Shown: piece after piece, positions 63,623 through 64,000 of the stretch
Position numbering within the stretch: the first letter of the stretch is position 1
Layout: each line of letters begins with the position of its first letter
Source: Macrostomum lignano
Lineage: Eukaryota
Assembly: GCA_002269645.1 (NCBI GenBank)
Contig: NIVC01001008.1
Coordinates: 310,001 to 374,000, forward strand
Direction: 5' to 3'
DNA length: 64,000 nucleotides
Made by a program: the position numbers and the translations under genes
The notes under the pieces: model-generated
What the model was told of the DNA's origin: nothing
Database searches by the model: none
The model's input: the letters and a program-made list of their open reading frames with translations, nothing else

Positions 63623-64000
63623 AAAATGAAATAGGACCCCAAAGACTTATTGCTCTACTGATATACAGTAGCATGCATGACATGTTTTGCGGTAAACACA
63701 CGGACTAGGTCCAATTTATTTGCCATTATAGTCCGTACCCAGTCTTACCGCTTCATACACGCCAAGAGTTGTTGATGCGATGGCAGTAATGGCAGGGTAA
63801 GCTCTTATTATCTGTATAATGCTGGATTAAGGAATTCTTAGCAAACTTCGATAAAGTTCAAAGCCGTGGCAAAACAGGGCAACAGCTAAAAAGCCAATAA
63901 CTTTCAAGTATGCAGCTTAAGCTTAGGCATCCAGATGTGTCTCATTACAAATGCAAAGCTTCAGAGGTCTACTTCGCTTCGAAAGACTACGGCAACGTTA

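Overview
Eukaryotic (animal) genomic DNA with GC3-rich exons, GT-AG introns and about 33 different tandem arrays. The style suggests a free-living flatworm such as Macrostomum, but that identification is inference only. Genes reconstructed by hand: a partial intronless rhodopsin-class peptide GPCR (-, runs off the left edge); a 79-aa IAP-type RING ORF (+); a 6-exon synaptobrevin/VAMP (+); a compact + strand cluster (orphan coiled-coil ORF, two intronless ATP synthase subunit c copies, a MARCH-type RING-CH E3 ligase); and two tandem, divergent SLC6 transporters on the - strand (A, 12 exons; B, about 11 exons). Mobile DNA: a dead mariner, a mariner-derived MITE, a hAT MITE with 8-bp TSD and a tRNA-headed CORE-like SINE family. 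Main leads: (1) SLC6-B has a duplicated, phase-incompatible (mutually exclusive) exon pair covering EL4/TM8/TM9 and the Na2 site. (2) SLC6-B has no visible own ATG, but its first acceptor would be in frame with a flatworm spliced-leader terminal AUG. (3) Arrays of perfect AP-1 and ETS sites flank that first exon. (4) The ATP-c duplication is limited to the mRNA-sized region, and copy 2 carries a uORF. (5) Almost every long intron holds its own private minisatellite, including a ~1-kb higher-order repeat. All splice models are manual predictions without transcript data; repeat boundaries and copy numbers are approximate.
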